This document shows, piece after piece, positions 25,600 to 39,390 of a DNA stretch of 64,000 nucleotides. The translations under genes were made by a program, and so were the position numbers. The stretch's first letter is position 1. The number at the start of each line of letters is the position of its first letter. The stretch is from the NCBI RefSeq assembly GCF_006345805.1, contig NC_043004.1, positions 61,938,001 through 62,002,000 on the forward strand. The letters run 5' to 3'. Source of the stretch: Octopus sinensis (lineage: Eukaryota). The notes beneath the pieces are model-generated. The model searched no databases, was not told the DNA's origin, and saw only the letters and a list, made by a program, of their open reading frames with translations.

Positions 25600-26458
25600 C
25601 TCTTTGCAAGGTATAATTTGTCGAATTTCACGCCAGATATCAACACGATATCAACATCTTTATGTTTATCTCCATCTACCGAAAGTATTTCGAGGTATTT
25701 ATTGCTGGACTGAGGTCGAATTGCCTTCATCATTTCACCACCTGTCAACCACATGCCTTATGCCCTACAAGCCTTCCTCGTCTCATTGCCATCATAGCAT
25801 ATTTTGCGAGTCCAAACTCCATCTTAATATTATTGAAGAAAATTCGCATAGACTGGACTAGGCGGTCCACTTCAACCTCAGATGATGTGAATGGGTTCAA
25901 ATCCTCCCTGAATAGCAATGGTTCAGTTTTCCTTTTTCTCTTCCAAATTCATATCGTAACTTTGTTTTCTGTTGTATTTTCTCAAGAGGATAATTCCTAG
26001 CACGAATATCAGTGGATACACACTCTTCCCCTGGAAGATCCTCTCTTGCTTTTCTTCTCTCCTAGTACTTATTTCCCTGCTATCAATTCCGTTCTCCAGT
26101 ATTTTATGCTATTCCATATAGAGCTTCACATAGTCTGTGCAATTCCAACATTTCCATTCTTATTATTATCCAGGAATATGGTATCATATCGTATGCTTTG
26201 CGATAGTCAACCGATGTCATGATTAGGCTTGTATGTCTTCTCTTGCAGTTCGGGATCATTAGATTATCAATTAAGAGCTGATTCTTTTCTGGTTCCTTTT
26301 TCGGCAACCTTTCTGATCAATGGTTATCGGCCCAGGTTTTTCCAAGTAGTTGTACAGTTCAAGGGCCATAGCACCTGGCACTAGATTCCACATTAGCGAA
26401 AGGCTTGTTATTGTTCTAAAGTTGGATGTAACATTTACATTTTCAGGATCTTTGCCAC
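25600..26458 (-). pseudogene. R4/Dong-type non-LTR reverse transcriptase fragment
   Basis: SNFRTITSLSLMWNL, DQKGC, QLLIDNLMIPNCKRRHTSL, VDYRKAYDMIPYSWI, RIFQG, NKYLEIL. Frameshifted. Confidence 0.75.
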
Positions 26459-26498
26459 ATAGTTCAGGAGTAAGTTTTCCTAGAATAAACTAAACACA

Positions 26499-26583
26499 TC
26501 ATCTATGGCCATTTCGGGGGCACATCACCATAGTTAGATTGCAATTGATGCATGTCATGGTAATGGCCCACTCGTCAGGATGA
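26499..26583 (-). ncRNA. Type I hammerhead ribozyme with extended stem II
   Basis: TCATC-CTGACGA-GTGGGC-CATTACCAT-(25 nt)-ATGGTGATG-TGCCCCC-GAA-ATGGCCAT-A^GATGA. Stem I TCATC/GATGA; stem III region is the palindrome ATGGCCAT. Confidence 0.85.
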
Positions 26584-26806
26584 ATAAAGAGATAGGATTC
26601 AAACACCAGACCAGGAAAAACCTTATCATACCGAAAGCCTAGTTTAATACTTAAAAAAACAAAGACTTTTTTTTCATTTTCAATTACATTGCTCAAAGGT
26701 CATTGACTATTTTTAATAAAGATAAAAACGCCGGTTTCAAACCCAGAATTAATTTAGGTGTGCCTCATGATAAATTTTATCCTGGTCTTGTATCCTATCT
26801 CTCTAT

Positions 26807-26892
26807 TCATCATGACGAGGGGGTCATTACCGTGATATGTATTAATTGCAATCTAACTATGGTCATGTGCTCCCGAAATGGCCATACGTGAA
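26807..26892 (+). ncRNA. Hammerhead copy with core mutation (C3>A)
   Basis: TCATC-ATGACGA-GGGGGTCATTACCGT...ATGGTCATGTGCTCCC-GAAATGGCCATA. Confidence 0.6.
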
Positions 26893-27629
26893 GTGTTTAG
26901 TTTTAGTTTATTCTGGGGAACCTTACTCATGAACTATTAAATTCTGTGTGGACGTATTTTTGATTCGACATATCTTACTCATGGATTATTACCTTTTGGT
27001 GAGTGTGATGTAAGCATAACTTTTTAGTGGCTTTATTCTTTATTTGTTTACCCGCTTTCTCAACTTGTTCAGTATGACAGAGTTTTTGTTTATTAGGTAT
27101 CTTATAAAACTTTAGTCGTTCTTTGATGGGACCTTCCTATACGTGTCTTTTCATAAGTATATGCTTTTACCTTTCGTGGTTTTCTGTATTTGTATGTCTT
27201 ATATATTTTATGTTCTAATTTATATATTATGAAAGCCATGGTAATGTTTATTTATATACGATGTGTGTAGGAGTTTTGATACAGTATATAAAGTCGTTAA
27301 CTCATTTTAATGTTTGTCCCATGACCAGTGTTTAATTACTCTTGTCGCATTTATTTGATCCCTTCGTAGTCCTATTGACTCTTTGTCTCTTTTGAAAGAA
27401 ACAATAGTTATTTCTTATATATATGCATATGCATATATACATATATACATATATAAATATATATATATATATACACATATATATATATGCATTTATATAT
27501 ATATTTATACATATATATATGCATATATATATGTGTGTATATAATTCATATACGTATGTATATACATAAATATATAACTATGTATATATATGCATTTATA
27601 TGTATGTATATATATATATATATGCATGA

Positions 27630-27683
<54 letters not shown>

Positions 27684-28294
27684 ATGTATGTGTGTGTGTA
27701 GGTATGTATATATATCATTTTTATATACTTACTAATCCTCTCGGGAAAAATATAAAATGTTTATGTCTAATATTTTATATCAGTATATCTATCCATAGAT
27801 TATCTGATATCTCATGTGAATAAAATAAATGTTATGGCTCTAAAATTTTATTTCTCGATTTTGTGTCATAGCTCTGAAGGCTTTTCAAAATTGTTAGACA
27901 CATACACACTATCAGAAATTATAAGAAACATATTATAGTTGTAGCTTAATATAGTAACGTAAAATTACATTCTGGACAAAGTTTCTGTAGTAGCCTTACT
28001 ATTTCCCGAAACACTAATACTTTATTTCCCTAAGTGTTTCTAATGCAGCGGATACATGATTTTGTACAACGTTCTAGATTTTCTCACAAACAATTTATAG
28101 GCTTTTGCAGAAAGGGCATTCAAATAGGATTGCAATTTTTCTTGACGTATGTTAGCTTCTGTGTGCTACGTTACTTTGATGTATACAAATATTTACTTAA
28201 ATAAGCATATATTTTAGCATGTCGGTACGAAATTACGTCCTCTGACCAGGCAATGTATAATAATACCATTTCTTAACTTAGAAATATAGACACA

Positions 28295-29818
28295 CAGTCT
28301 TCCTCAAAATTGTTCATACTCTTGTTAATTTTTGTGATTTTTGTTTTATTTTTATGATGAAATGAATGCATTTTGTCAAGTTTGTTTATGACGTATATGT
28401 GACCAACAGGTGAAAGCACAACACAATATACAATTCAGGAAATTCTTCATTTCAAGGGTATTTTATTCATGGATCTTCAAAAAGTGCCAAATTTAAACTT
28501 ATTCATACTTTAGGTTTACTGAGTGGAATATCTTTCTTTAATGGTTAATAGAATATTTTTATGACTGTCTCTAGACGATTCTTGTACGTATCTACAATCT
28601 TCCTGAATGTCAACTGTGAGATGTTGGCCCACACTTGTTTGCTTGGCCATCATTCTCGTCTTCAAGATTCGCCACAATTTTTTGATCGGATTCAGGTCAG
28701 GACTCTGAATTGGTCACCCTAGAACGTTGACATCATCGTTTTTTAATCATTTCTTCACTACTTTGGCGGTGTGTTTTGGATCATTTTTCTACTAGTACTT
28801 CCACTTGTGGCCTAGTTGGGGTTTCTCAGCGGATTCTTTCACGTTTTAATCAAGAATCCTGATGTAATCCCCCTTCCTCATGATTCCTTGGATCTTGAAA
28901 AGGTTCTCTTTTTTTGGGGGGAGGAGAAACATTCTCATAGCATAATGTTTCCAACAGCATGCTTTACGGTGGGCACAGTGTTATTGGATGTCTTCCTCCA
29001 GAGGTATTCAGCATACATATGGCCGAATAATTCCAACTTCATCTCATCAGACAGTAAGATGGTTGACCAGAAGCCGCGACCTTCCTTCAGATGACCTATA
29101 ACAAAGTCTAGGTGAGCCTCCATGTGTTTCTTCCTGAGCAGCGGCGTCTTCCGAGACTTACGTCCATGGAGCCTGTTCTGCGCAAGAGTCACTCAACGGT
29201 GGGCTGTGACATCTTCATCCCTCTCTAGTCAAGCGTTTCAATTAGGCCTCGGTTGTGGTCCGGGAGTTGTTGTCGCCCTGTCAGCAGATTTTCCTGGCAC
29301 GCTTCCTACCACACCCACTGAGGTTTTAACAGTGTTGAACCTCTTGCGTTTGTTGATTATGCCCTGGGTGATTGCCACAGTGATATCATACTACCTTGAA
29401 ATGGCCTTGTACCCATTTTCTTCACTTTGAGCGCGCACAAAGCTTTCATGTAGGTCTTCCTTGAACTCCTTCTACTTGGCCATGAAGATCAGAAACTGAG
29501 AATGACCAGAACAGTTTTCCACTATTTATACCCTATTTGGACTTTATACTCCTGGAAATAACTACATGACAAAGACTAGCATATTCATAGGAAGTGAAAA
29601 CAGGGATTTGAATAATTCTGAACATGTGCAACAAAAGCACTTTAGTCCCTATCTATTATTTTGCAAATGAAGTTTAGCCAATAAATATATGGACGTGTGC
29701 GTAGCAACAAATAGACAAAGGATACACAGGAAATACCAATATAATAGTTTTTACAAACGAAGACTCGAAAATAGAATGTTAGTTTCTAGGGGTTTGAATA
29801 ATATTTCGGACGGTACTG
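28295..29818 (-). mobile_element. Full-length decayed Tc1-family (DD34E-type) transposon
   Basis: Degenerate TIRs begin CAGT (28295; 29818 followed by TA). Inner direct-repeat-like motifs lie near 28500 and 29610. Length ~1.5 kb. Confidence 0.85.
28515..29483 (-). pseudogene. Tc1 transposase pseudogene
   Basis: MAK*KEFKEDL..GYKAISR, LHGRKSRKTPLLRKKH, FWSTILLSDEMKLELFGH, TVKHAVGNIML, NDPKHTAKVVKK, QSPDLNPIKKLW. Confidence 0.92.
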
Positions 29819-30618
29819 TAGCCTTTGCTTGAAGCTCTGCAATTTTGTTGTCATCAACAGTTTTATAATGTATATTTAATAATAAAGAACACAGGTACTT
29901 CTGTGTATTGTACTGAAGCTGTAACTCATAAAGATATATTACTGCATAGGTGTGATTTAATTTGAAAACACATTCTGATATAAATCGTATGCTCTACTTC
30001 TCTAATCACCACTCACTCAACAAATTTATATGGGAAATGAGGGGTTTACCAGCTAACACACATAAAGAAATAGTTATTCGTCAAGCAGTAATACTAAAGA
30101 ACCAAACTGTACACAGAGGAAATATAATATTAATGAGAAATTGCCGTGCTCTGTCAATTAGTGAGCAAAGTTTTGATGAGCATGGCCGAAGCAACATTTA
30201 AAAATCACGTATGAAACTTCATTTTGAAAGAGATTTAGGCTTTCGTTTAAGGGGCTGAATGACAGTTGGAGGGTACAACATACTTGACTTTTCAATGTAG
30301 CTTATTTCAATGCATTTTATGATTAGTTAATTATTTAACGGGATGTGCAGTAGATGCTATCAACACATTATGTTTTAAAACACACTTATATGAAAACTTT
30401 GTCCACTTGAAGATGTCCTTCAGATAATTCGCTTAATTTGAAGGAAGATTAGATTATTAAGAAAATATTTACATTAATAGGCACGAAAAAAATATTTATA
30501 CGTGCTGCTTTATATATTTGTGCGTATGTACCGAAGCACATATATGTATATAAAAATTCATGCTCATATTAATATCAGTGTGTGTAGATTTATAAATGAA
30601 TATATCATGTAATATGTG

Positions 30619-30673
<55 letters not shown>

Positions 30674-33209
30674 TATATATATTTCTGTGTGTGTGTGTGT
30701 GTGTGTATCTGTCTCTGTGTGTGTGCTTATACCTAAATGTATCAATGTTTATAAATACTTAAAGACATGCATAGAAACACACGGAGACCCACACATCCAT
30801 CCATATGTCTGTAAGTGAGTGTGCTTGTGCGCGTGGGTGTGTGTATATATCTCTTTCTATCTGTATGTCTGTTTATATATATCTATGCAGTCGCACACTA
30901 ATACATTTGGTTATTACACAGACATGCATTCAAACATAAATGACATTTCCAATGTTGTTGTAGCTAATAATGCAGTTATAGTTCCATTAAATGATTCAGA
31001 AAATCATTTATGGTTTTAAATGAGAAAGTAATTGTATTGATGTTGTGTCTAAAGTTGACGAGAACTTTTATATGATAAAGCAGTCTCTGATATCACCAAA
31101 TATTGATTTTCACCAAAATTCTTCCCTTAACAATTATTTCCTGCAGGCTCAAACATTATAATATTATTCTTTATGCACTTATAAAGGTTACTAATGGTGA
31201 TCGTTCCACAGAATTCGTAGAGAAACCCACTATGTAACTCGTGATATTTAAAGACGAATTCCAGACCATAAAATGTACAACATTTTGTGTTCTGTTTTGA
31301 ATTGCTGAGATATAAACCGGCAAATTTTCAAACACAGGTGGTGGTTGGATTTTGAACCCAAACCCAGTCTTCAGAATGTTTGGTCAACACCTTGTTGCTT
31401 CTATAACTCCATGTATTTCTTATTCAATAAGTGTCTGCAATGGCTTTTCGTATTTTAGTAAACGAAAAATATTGTGTTGTTACATAATTATTGCGGCTTT
31501 TTTGCAACAAATTTTATTCAACAAAAACAATAACAATAATTGGCGAAAACAAATTTAAATGATTATTCCGGTGCATATTCATCATCTGCCTCAATTGCTG
31601 CTTCCCATTTGCTTGGCAGACTGTTAGAACGTCATTTAAAGATAATTATCACTAACCCAATATATGAATATGTAGTCAATACGATTTCAAATTATGCTAG
31701 CTATCATACATTGACATTATGAATGCGCAAGTTACCGTTGTTTAGGTGCTTAACACGATTTCAAATTATGATAAGTATCATACACAGGTAACATGAATGC
31801 TTAGGTTATCGTTCTTTGTATGTTCAGATGCTCGGGTCATTATTCTGAATTTATGGAACCAAAACGTGACCAGTGTAGCTACCAGTCTGCATTTTTCACA
31901 TCCTGGATCATCTGCTTCGTAAAAGTGACCAAGAACGTGTTTGTAACTGCTAGAAACTACAAAGTCATATAAAGCTATAACAGAAATCATGCTACATGTG
32001 ACCATACCATATTCATCGGGGTTCTATTGAGATTATTCTGGGCCCAGTACAAAATATAATTTTGTTTCTCCTATTATATACAACATTGTATTTAGTAAAA
32101 TGAAACTAAGTGACTTCTCAGCTAAAATCCGTTACATCGTATATAAAAAGTCTGTAATATGTATTTGTAAAATTAGCTTCACGTTATAAAAGTAATTTGA
32201 AATTGTTATTATCCAGTATGTTCAAACGTATGGCAAATAAACAAAAAATGAGAGTAAGACATTTTAAAATACAACTATGAAGTGCAAATAAAGAAGAGCC
32301 AAAACCTTCAGCGAATATAATTGATAACAACTTTGCAGAGAGCGTTACATATGCAATGGAAGAATAGGAATGATGTGGTCCTCAATGTATCCTTAGGAAT
32401 ATTTTGATTCTCACCAGGAAGGAAAGATTTGAAATAATCACCTGCGGTAATTCAGCAACAGGATTTTATGAAATTATCATTTGTAACGAAGCAAATGTGT
32501 TTTACACAATTACATATGCAGCAGAAATACTTATCACTAGTATCACAGTAAGTAGATAAGTCCGCACATATATAGCAAAATACATCTATCAATATACGGT
32601 AATTAAACACAAACTACCTTTTCAAAAGAAACATATCAAGTAACCTACAGCCTTCCTACAGTTACATATGACATACGACTGAACACTTCAGCAAAAGGTT
32701 TCCAATCTCTGATAGAGTCGAATGGGAAATTCTATATATAGCAAATTCTTTCCATCTGTCAGTAGAACTCTAATAATGTGTATTAATGTAGCAATGCACT
32801 CAACGTTACATCTAACAGTAAGTAGACATGCCAATCTAACACACGTATTAGAATTAAGAGCAAACCATACCGACATTTTATTTTAGTACTTACCGAGAAT
32901 GTGGAAATTATTATTGGCGAATTCATCACAATGTATCTCCTTGAGAATATATATATATATATATACACATATATGTGTGTGTTCCATGAAATATATTTCC
33001 TTTGCATTATCGATGCACATAAATGCTTCAATTCACGACAGTATACTTAAGTTTGTTTACAACTACATGTCTGTGAATTACATCAACCTCCATTTTTATT
33101 TATACACTCAACGTCCAGATATTTCAATCAGTGCATCTACATACATGCAAAGATTTTCTGTGACAAAACGTACCATTACATTCACCTCTCTTTCTCTCTC
33201 TCTCTCTCT

Positions 33210-33252
<43 letters not shown>

Positions 33253-33547
33253 TAATCGTCAATTCTGCTATTACAAACTATATATAATCCGCACAAGTAA
33301 CCACATTATATTTTATTCTCTCTTGCACTTATCGTCTCTAATGAGATTTCAAAACTCCAAACTAAGAACGTATGTCAAGATTTTACTGTATATATTATGG
33401 TACCTTTAAAGAAATTCTCTTTCGCCAGACTTATTTAGACGGTCAGGCATTTTTCATCGTTTAGTGATGAAAGCCATGTGCGCAGACATTACTAAGAATC
33501 ATAAATGTTTTGTGAGGGCGAAATACAGAGGAAATAAGAGACAGAGA

Positions 33548-33579
<32 letters not shown>

Positions 33580-34927
33580 ATGAGAGACAGAGACAATGGA
33601 ATTATAAAGTTGTCATCTTTCTTAGGAAAGTGTTATTGGTGACAATACGCTATGCTTTTTTTCTTTTTATTTCCGTATTTAATTCTATTCCCTTTTCAAC
33701 CTTAGTCGCATTGTTGTGATGCTTTTTTCCAAAATGCCATTCAAAAGACCCATTAAAGTGATGACGAATAAATGCGATTATATATTCGAAAATGAACATA
33801 GAAAAGCGTTCAACATTTCAGACGCATACAAACGCAGAACCGTTCATATAAATATCAGAAGGCTACATTGTTGTTTTCTAATCACGGATAATCTCTGAGG
33901 CAGTTGGCATTAAATTCAAAGGGCTCCAACAAGGATCAACCACTATTTCATTTAATAGGAATATTAGAAAAACTTCATTATCAGCCACCTCTATAGGACT
34001 AAAGCTGACATGTGTAAAGAAATTTTAATTGCCCTGTACAGCCACTGCTTACGTAGGCACAATAGAACATTTTTTCTCATGTACAGGGTGCATATAATAT
34101 TATAATGCGGGTGTTAGTGACGATTATATACCACTGAAATATACATTCCGAATAGATATAATAGTTAACTATCCCTCTGAATGTCATAATCTCACTCTCG
34201 AAAGTTTTATAGTATTGTTTCATTCATTTTAATATTCTACTTGAATAAAAACGTTTGGTACTAATGAAAAACCTTGGATGCCTAACACAGATAATAAAAT
34301 GCGTAGCCCACAACAGAAAACTGCATATTGTCATATAACGTGCAACAAATAATAGACGAATTTCAGTCACACGATAAATTCTTCTTCCAAGTTCGCTAAT
34401 GAGATTCATTTCGTTTTAATTTCATATATTATCACTTTTTGTACAATATTTTGTCGATTTCAGTTTACAGAAAAGAAAGAATTTTCAGAGTTCATAAAAT
34501 GAAAATTAGGCTGTTCTGCTATAATTGTGTTCGTCACAAGGAACACTTCTGAACTGTCTCTAAGCATCTAATATTAAAACATATGAAAATTTTATTCACA
34601 AATTACAGTTAATTTCATATTAGGCGTTGGTAGAATTAAGTTTGATGTTTGATATTTTTCGATTCACGAGGGAAATTTTAATAAATTCAGAATAAATAGC
34701 ATATGAAATATAGAGCACCCTTGCATTTCCACGCGTACACATGCACACACTCACGTTCGCACCACACAAACCCACGCAAACACACAGAGCATAACACAAA
34801 ATGACGTTTAATATATGACTTCATATAAGTATGTTTATATCTATAATCTGTCTGTCTGTCTGTCTATCATCTATCTATCATTCTATCTATCAATCTATCT
34901 ATCTATATATCTATCTATCTATCTAAC

Positions 34928-35043
<116 letters not shown>

Positions 35044-35085
35044 TATTTACATTACTTGTTAGGGTTATCTCTACACAATTACAGC

Positions 35086-35330
35086 AGTGGTAATTATAGA
35101 GAAGGTAGATATATAGACAAAGATGTGGATTTAAATTTTAGCAACATTTGAGGTAGTGGAGCTTATCAAATAACTGACTGAAATTCAGTCGCTCCAAAAT
35201 ACTGTAAGGTTCTGAGAGGAAGCAACTGAATTTTAGTCAATCAGTTGATAAGTTCCATGACCTCAAACGTTCCTAAAATTTAAACCCACATCTTTGTCTA
35301 TATATCTACCTTCTCTATAATGTTACCACT
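35086..35330. repeat. Inverted repeat (~110-bp arms, ~25-bp spacer); MITE or fold-back cassette
   Basis: AGTGGTAATTATAGAGAAGGTAGATATATAGACAAAGATGTGG... versus ...CCACATCTTTGTCTATATATCTACCTTCTCTATAATGTTACCACT. Confidence 0.88.
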
Positions 35331-35612
35331 TGATATGAAAATTATGCATTAATGGAAAACCTCTATTAATGGCTGATGAGTGCTCATCATTTTAAAACTG
35401 TTGCAATACTTACAACATTTAATAAAATGATGTAGTGCGAAACGATAGTACCAAATTACCGAAGTTAATCTTGTTGCTTATTTTCATTATAATCACCCCA
35501 TGGATTTGTATGGATAACACCATACAGAATTCTGGTGCATCCAACTTAAGTACCATATTCATTTGAATCTAAATTTTGCTGAACTCTCCTCTCTCTCTCT
35601 CTCCTCTCTCTC

Positions 35613-35676
<64 letters not shown>

Positions 35677-36281
35677 ATATATATATATGTATGTATGTTT
35701 GTGTATATATATATAATATATATATATATATACAAACATACATACATACACACATATATTATGAATTATAATGATGAAAGGCACGTGTTATTCGTCTCTT
35801 AATTATATGTTTGTGTTATTCACGTACGAACTATTTTATTTGTAAAAAATATTTTCAAACCTAGATCTGATCAGAATAAAATAAGGTATAATTTATATAT
35901 ATATATAACATTCCAGCTGATCCGATCAACGCACACACCCTCATATACATGACTGTGTGATATATATATATACAATCATATCAAAGGGAAATGGAAATTA
36001 ATTAAAATTTACATTTCCAGTTGTATAACGTGTAAAAAAAATAGTGAAAAAGACTATTTATTAGTCACGTGATATAGTGTATATTTAAACACATAAAAAA
36101 TCTACTTATAGGAATTCAACATGCTAGAAAGAATAGCTAGATTCTATAACCACAAAAAATATGGATAATTTCGACAGGAACGAATTGAAAAATATGTTTT
36201 TCATTTTTCAATTCCTTATGTGTTTAAGTATACACTATATCGTATGACTATATATATATATATATATTATATATATATATG

Positions 36282-36335
<54 letters not shown>

Positions 36336-36339
36336 ATAT

Positions 36340-36370
<31 letters not shown>

Positions 36371-36603
36371 ATGTTTGTGTGTGTATGTGTTGGATAACAA
36401 CAGATATAGATATCCAAACTACATTCGCAAACAATTATGTCTGTGTCTGGAGACAGTCACAGACATAGACCGATCTGCACATGTACAAATCTATTCATAT
36501 GCATATGCATAGATAGACGCCTGTACATGCACATTATAGATATATATGCCCATTCATATATATAGACATGCATATCTCTACACACACAAATACACACACA
36601 CAT

Positions 36604-36642
<39 letters not shown>

Positions 36643-36661
36643 ATGTGTGTGTGTGTGTATG

Positions 36662-36692
<31 letters not shown>

Positions 36693-36700
36693 TATATATG

Positions 36701-36750
<50 letters not shown>

Positions 36751-36772
36751 TATGTATATGTATGTATATATA

Positions 36773-37087
36773 GGCGCGGGAGTGGCTGTGTGGTAAGTAG
36801 CTTGTTTACCAACCACATGGTTCCGGGTGCAGTCCCACTGCGTGGCACCCTGGGCAAGTGTCTTCTACTATAGCCTCGGGCCGACCAAAGCCTTGTGAGT
36901 GGTTTGGTAGACGGAAACTGAAAGAAGCCCGTCGTATATATGTATATATATATGCGTGTGTGTGTTTGTGTGTCTGTTTTCGCCCTCTAGCATTGCTTGA
37001 CAACCGATGCTGGTGTGTTTATGTCCCCGTTACTTAGCGGTTCGGCAAAAGAGACCGATAGAATAAGTACTGGGCTTACAAAAGAAT
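36773..37087 (+). mobile_element. SINE family A, lacking its 3' end, embedded in (TA)n
   Basis: Matches the other family A copies up to ...GGGCTTACAAAAGAAT. Confidence 0.92.
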
Positions 37088-38789
37088 ATATATATATATA
37101 TTATATATATATATATATATTATATATATATATATATATGTATATACGTATATATATATACGTATATATATATTCAAAGACGGACACATGCAGATAGAAA
37201 TAGAAAGATGAAATGCCTACAGAAAGACACAGATATGTCTAAACGTAGTGATATCAACAGGAGCTTTAACTAGATATCTATGAAACTTTCTGCATTGTCA
37301 GTAGCTCTCCTAGTTTCTCTTTTCGCTCCTTAAATGTGTAGGTGTGTATGTATTGATGTATGTATGCATGTAGGTATGTACGTATTATGTATGTACGTGC
37401 TGAGTGATCGCTAGCAAAGCGAAAAATTCGAGAAATAGCGATTTATATTTTCACGAGATCGATTTGAAGTAAACAATGCTCGTCACAAAATTTCGGTAAG
37501 AGTTAAGCATTTAGTCAGCTTACAAGTCAGATTTTCACTACTGAAAAGTACAATAATTTGTCTCTGAAATTCTAATAGATGTTTCCTTCCCTAGTTTTCA
37601 TCTATGTTGTGGGGTTCACTCAGACGCAATCACGTGTATGCTTGTCATCATTACGCACTCGTTCTATAACAGAAACAACCATCAGAAGCCATTCATCACA
37701 CAATTTATTGATGATCTCATTAATACCTGTTAGTTTTGCCTTCAAATTGTCCGCTTTTCTAGCGACCAGCCTGCATGTATGCATGTTGGTATGTACGTGT
37801 GTATGTATGTATTTATGTATGTCTCTTCAATTTTCTAATTATTATAAATCTTCCGCTGATGAGGAAGCCGGTTTTCAACAAAGATACAGGTCTCCATCTT
37901 TGGGATGTAGCTAACAGAGTCAAATTCACATTTGGGTCATTTGGAAAAGTCATGCATATTTTTACAGTTCCACTCACAGAGTGGATTTGCAATGAACAAA
38001 TCAGCCGATTAATTTCTCTTTCTGAAAATCGAGATTCTCATTTAAGTATTTACTAACAAACCCTAGTGACCTAATTGTTATTGGTATAAAAATGAATTCA
38101 TAGTCTGGATATAGAAGCTGGAGGTTTCGATGCAGTTGTCCATAGATATCCTCTTTTTCTTTGATTTTCAAAGAGGTTTTTTATATCTGCAGTGCAGCTG
38201 ACCTGTATGGTGGCACATACTTTTGCCTCTCTGTCTCAAACAACAACATCCATCCTTTTACGCTTGCATTTGACAGATATTTTGATGGGAATGTTCTACC
38301 AGTATTCCTCGAGTTGGTGTTTATAAATGTATTACACAACAGAGGGATTTTCTAAGTTTATTTCAGGACAGTCATTTTTGCGGATGTCATTGTAAATTGT
38401 TTTAGCAACAACATCGTGCTGCGTAGGAAGCGTGACGACATTTTAGGACAGCTGCTAATCCCATAAGCGGTTGCACCTTCGGATGTATGTACGTACGCAC
38501 GTATGTATGTATGTATGTATGTATGTAGTATGTATGTATGTATATATATATATATATAGATAGATTTTATGCTAACACTGAAATAATCTCTACAATTTAT
38601 TACTCCGATTGTCACGTGACATTCTATCAGTCAGCTGTGGCGGTAATCATCTCAATTGTCCGCCTGACTAACAGTATCGGTTTGTGAATTTTTTTCCAAC
38701 GTTGAAATTAGCATAGTAATCTGTCTATGGTATCCAAGTAATGTTTGCATTTATTTGCATAGGTGTATGTCTATATACACATATACATA

Positions 38790-39390
38790 AATACATCTGG
38801 TCTCCCCACACAAAAGAAAGCATCTCGAAAATTGAATCACCACAGAGGGCATTCACTAAGAGAATTAGGGACATGACTGATCTCAATTACTTGGACCACC
38901 TAAAAACATTCAAACTCTACTTTCTGCAATACCGCCCGAGCGATACATCATTTGCACAATGTGGAGAATATACCGCCAGCATTGCCCAAACGATCTCAAC
39001 TTTAGTTTCAAAGTTCATCCAAGGCTAGGACCACAGGCCATACATCACTTGCCGAATTCAGGATCACAACGCATCAAAACAATGTAACACAAATCCTTTT
39101 TCTCAACAAGTCCTGCCTATTTAACATTGTCCTAAAACAGATCAAAAAGGAATATGAGCCCATCACCTTTAAACGGAATATGGGCAAATTTCTCCAAAGA
39201 ATACCAGATAAGCCAGCTATACTTGTATACAACCCACAGAACAAGGACTCCCTACTCGAGTGGACCATGATACCACAAAACCTGACTTAAAAAGGATTTA
39301 GATAAACCTATCAGTTGGTGCTATAAATTAGATATGGCCTGCACCAATCTTTGGTCGAAACATATCTAAGTTTTCTAAGTTTATAAGTTC
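38790..39390 (+). mobile_element. 3' fragment of a second CR1-group LINE
   Basis: WSPHTKESISKIESPQRAFTKRI..NYLDHLKTFKLY..LFNI..FKRNMGKFLQRIPDKP..DSLLEW, with a short-repeat tail CTAAGTTTTCTAAGTTTATAAGTT. Confidence 0.8.

Larger units (their letters stand above)
26459..26937. mobile_element. Diverged fold-back cassette (~185-bp arms, ~110-bp spacer) with two opposed extended hammerheads; probable tail to ~27415
   Basis: The arms are reverse complements, also visible as the mirror ORFs 26499-26696 (-) and 26703-26891 (+). Confidence 0.88.

Noticed and set aside
37856-37885. CTGATGA followed by a small hairpin
   Set aside because: No GAAA in register after the stem, so not a hammerhead.
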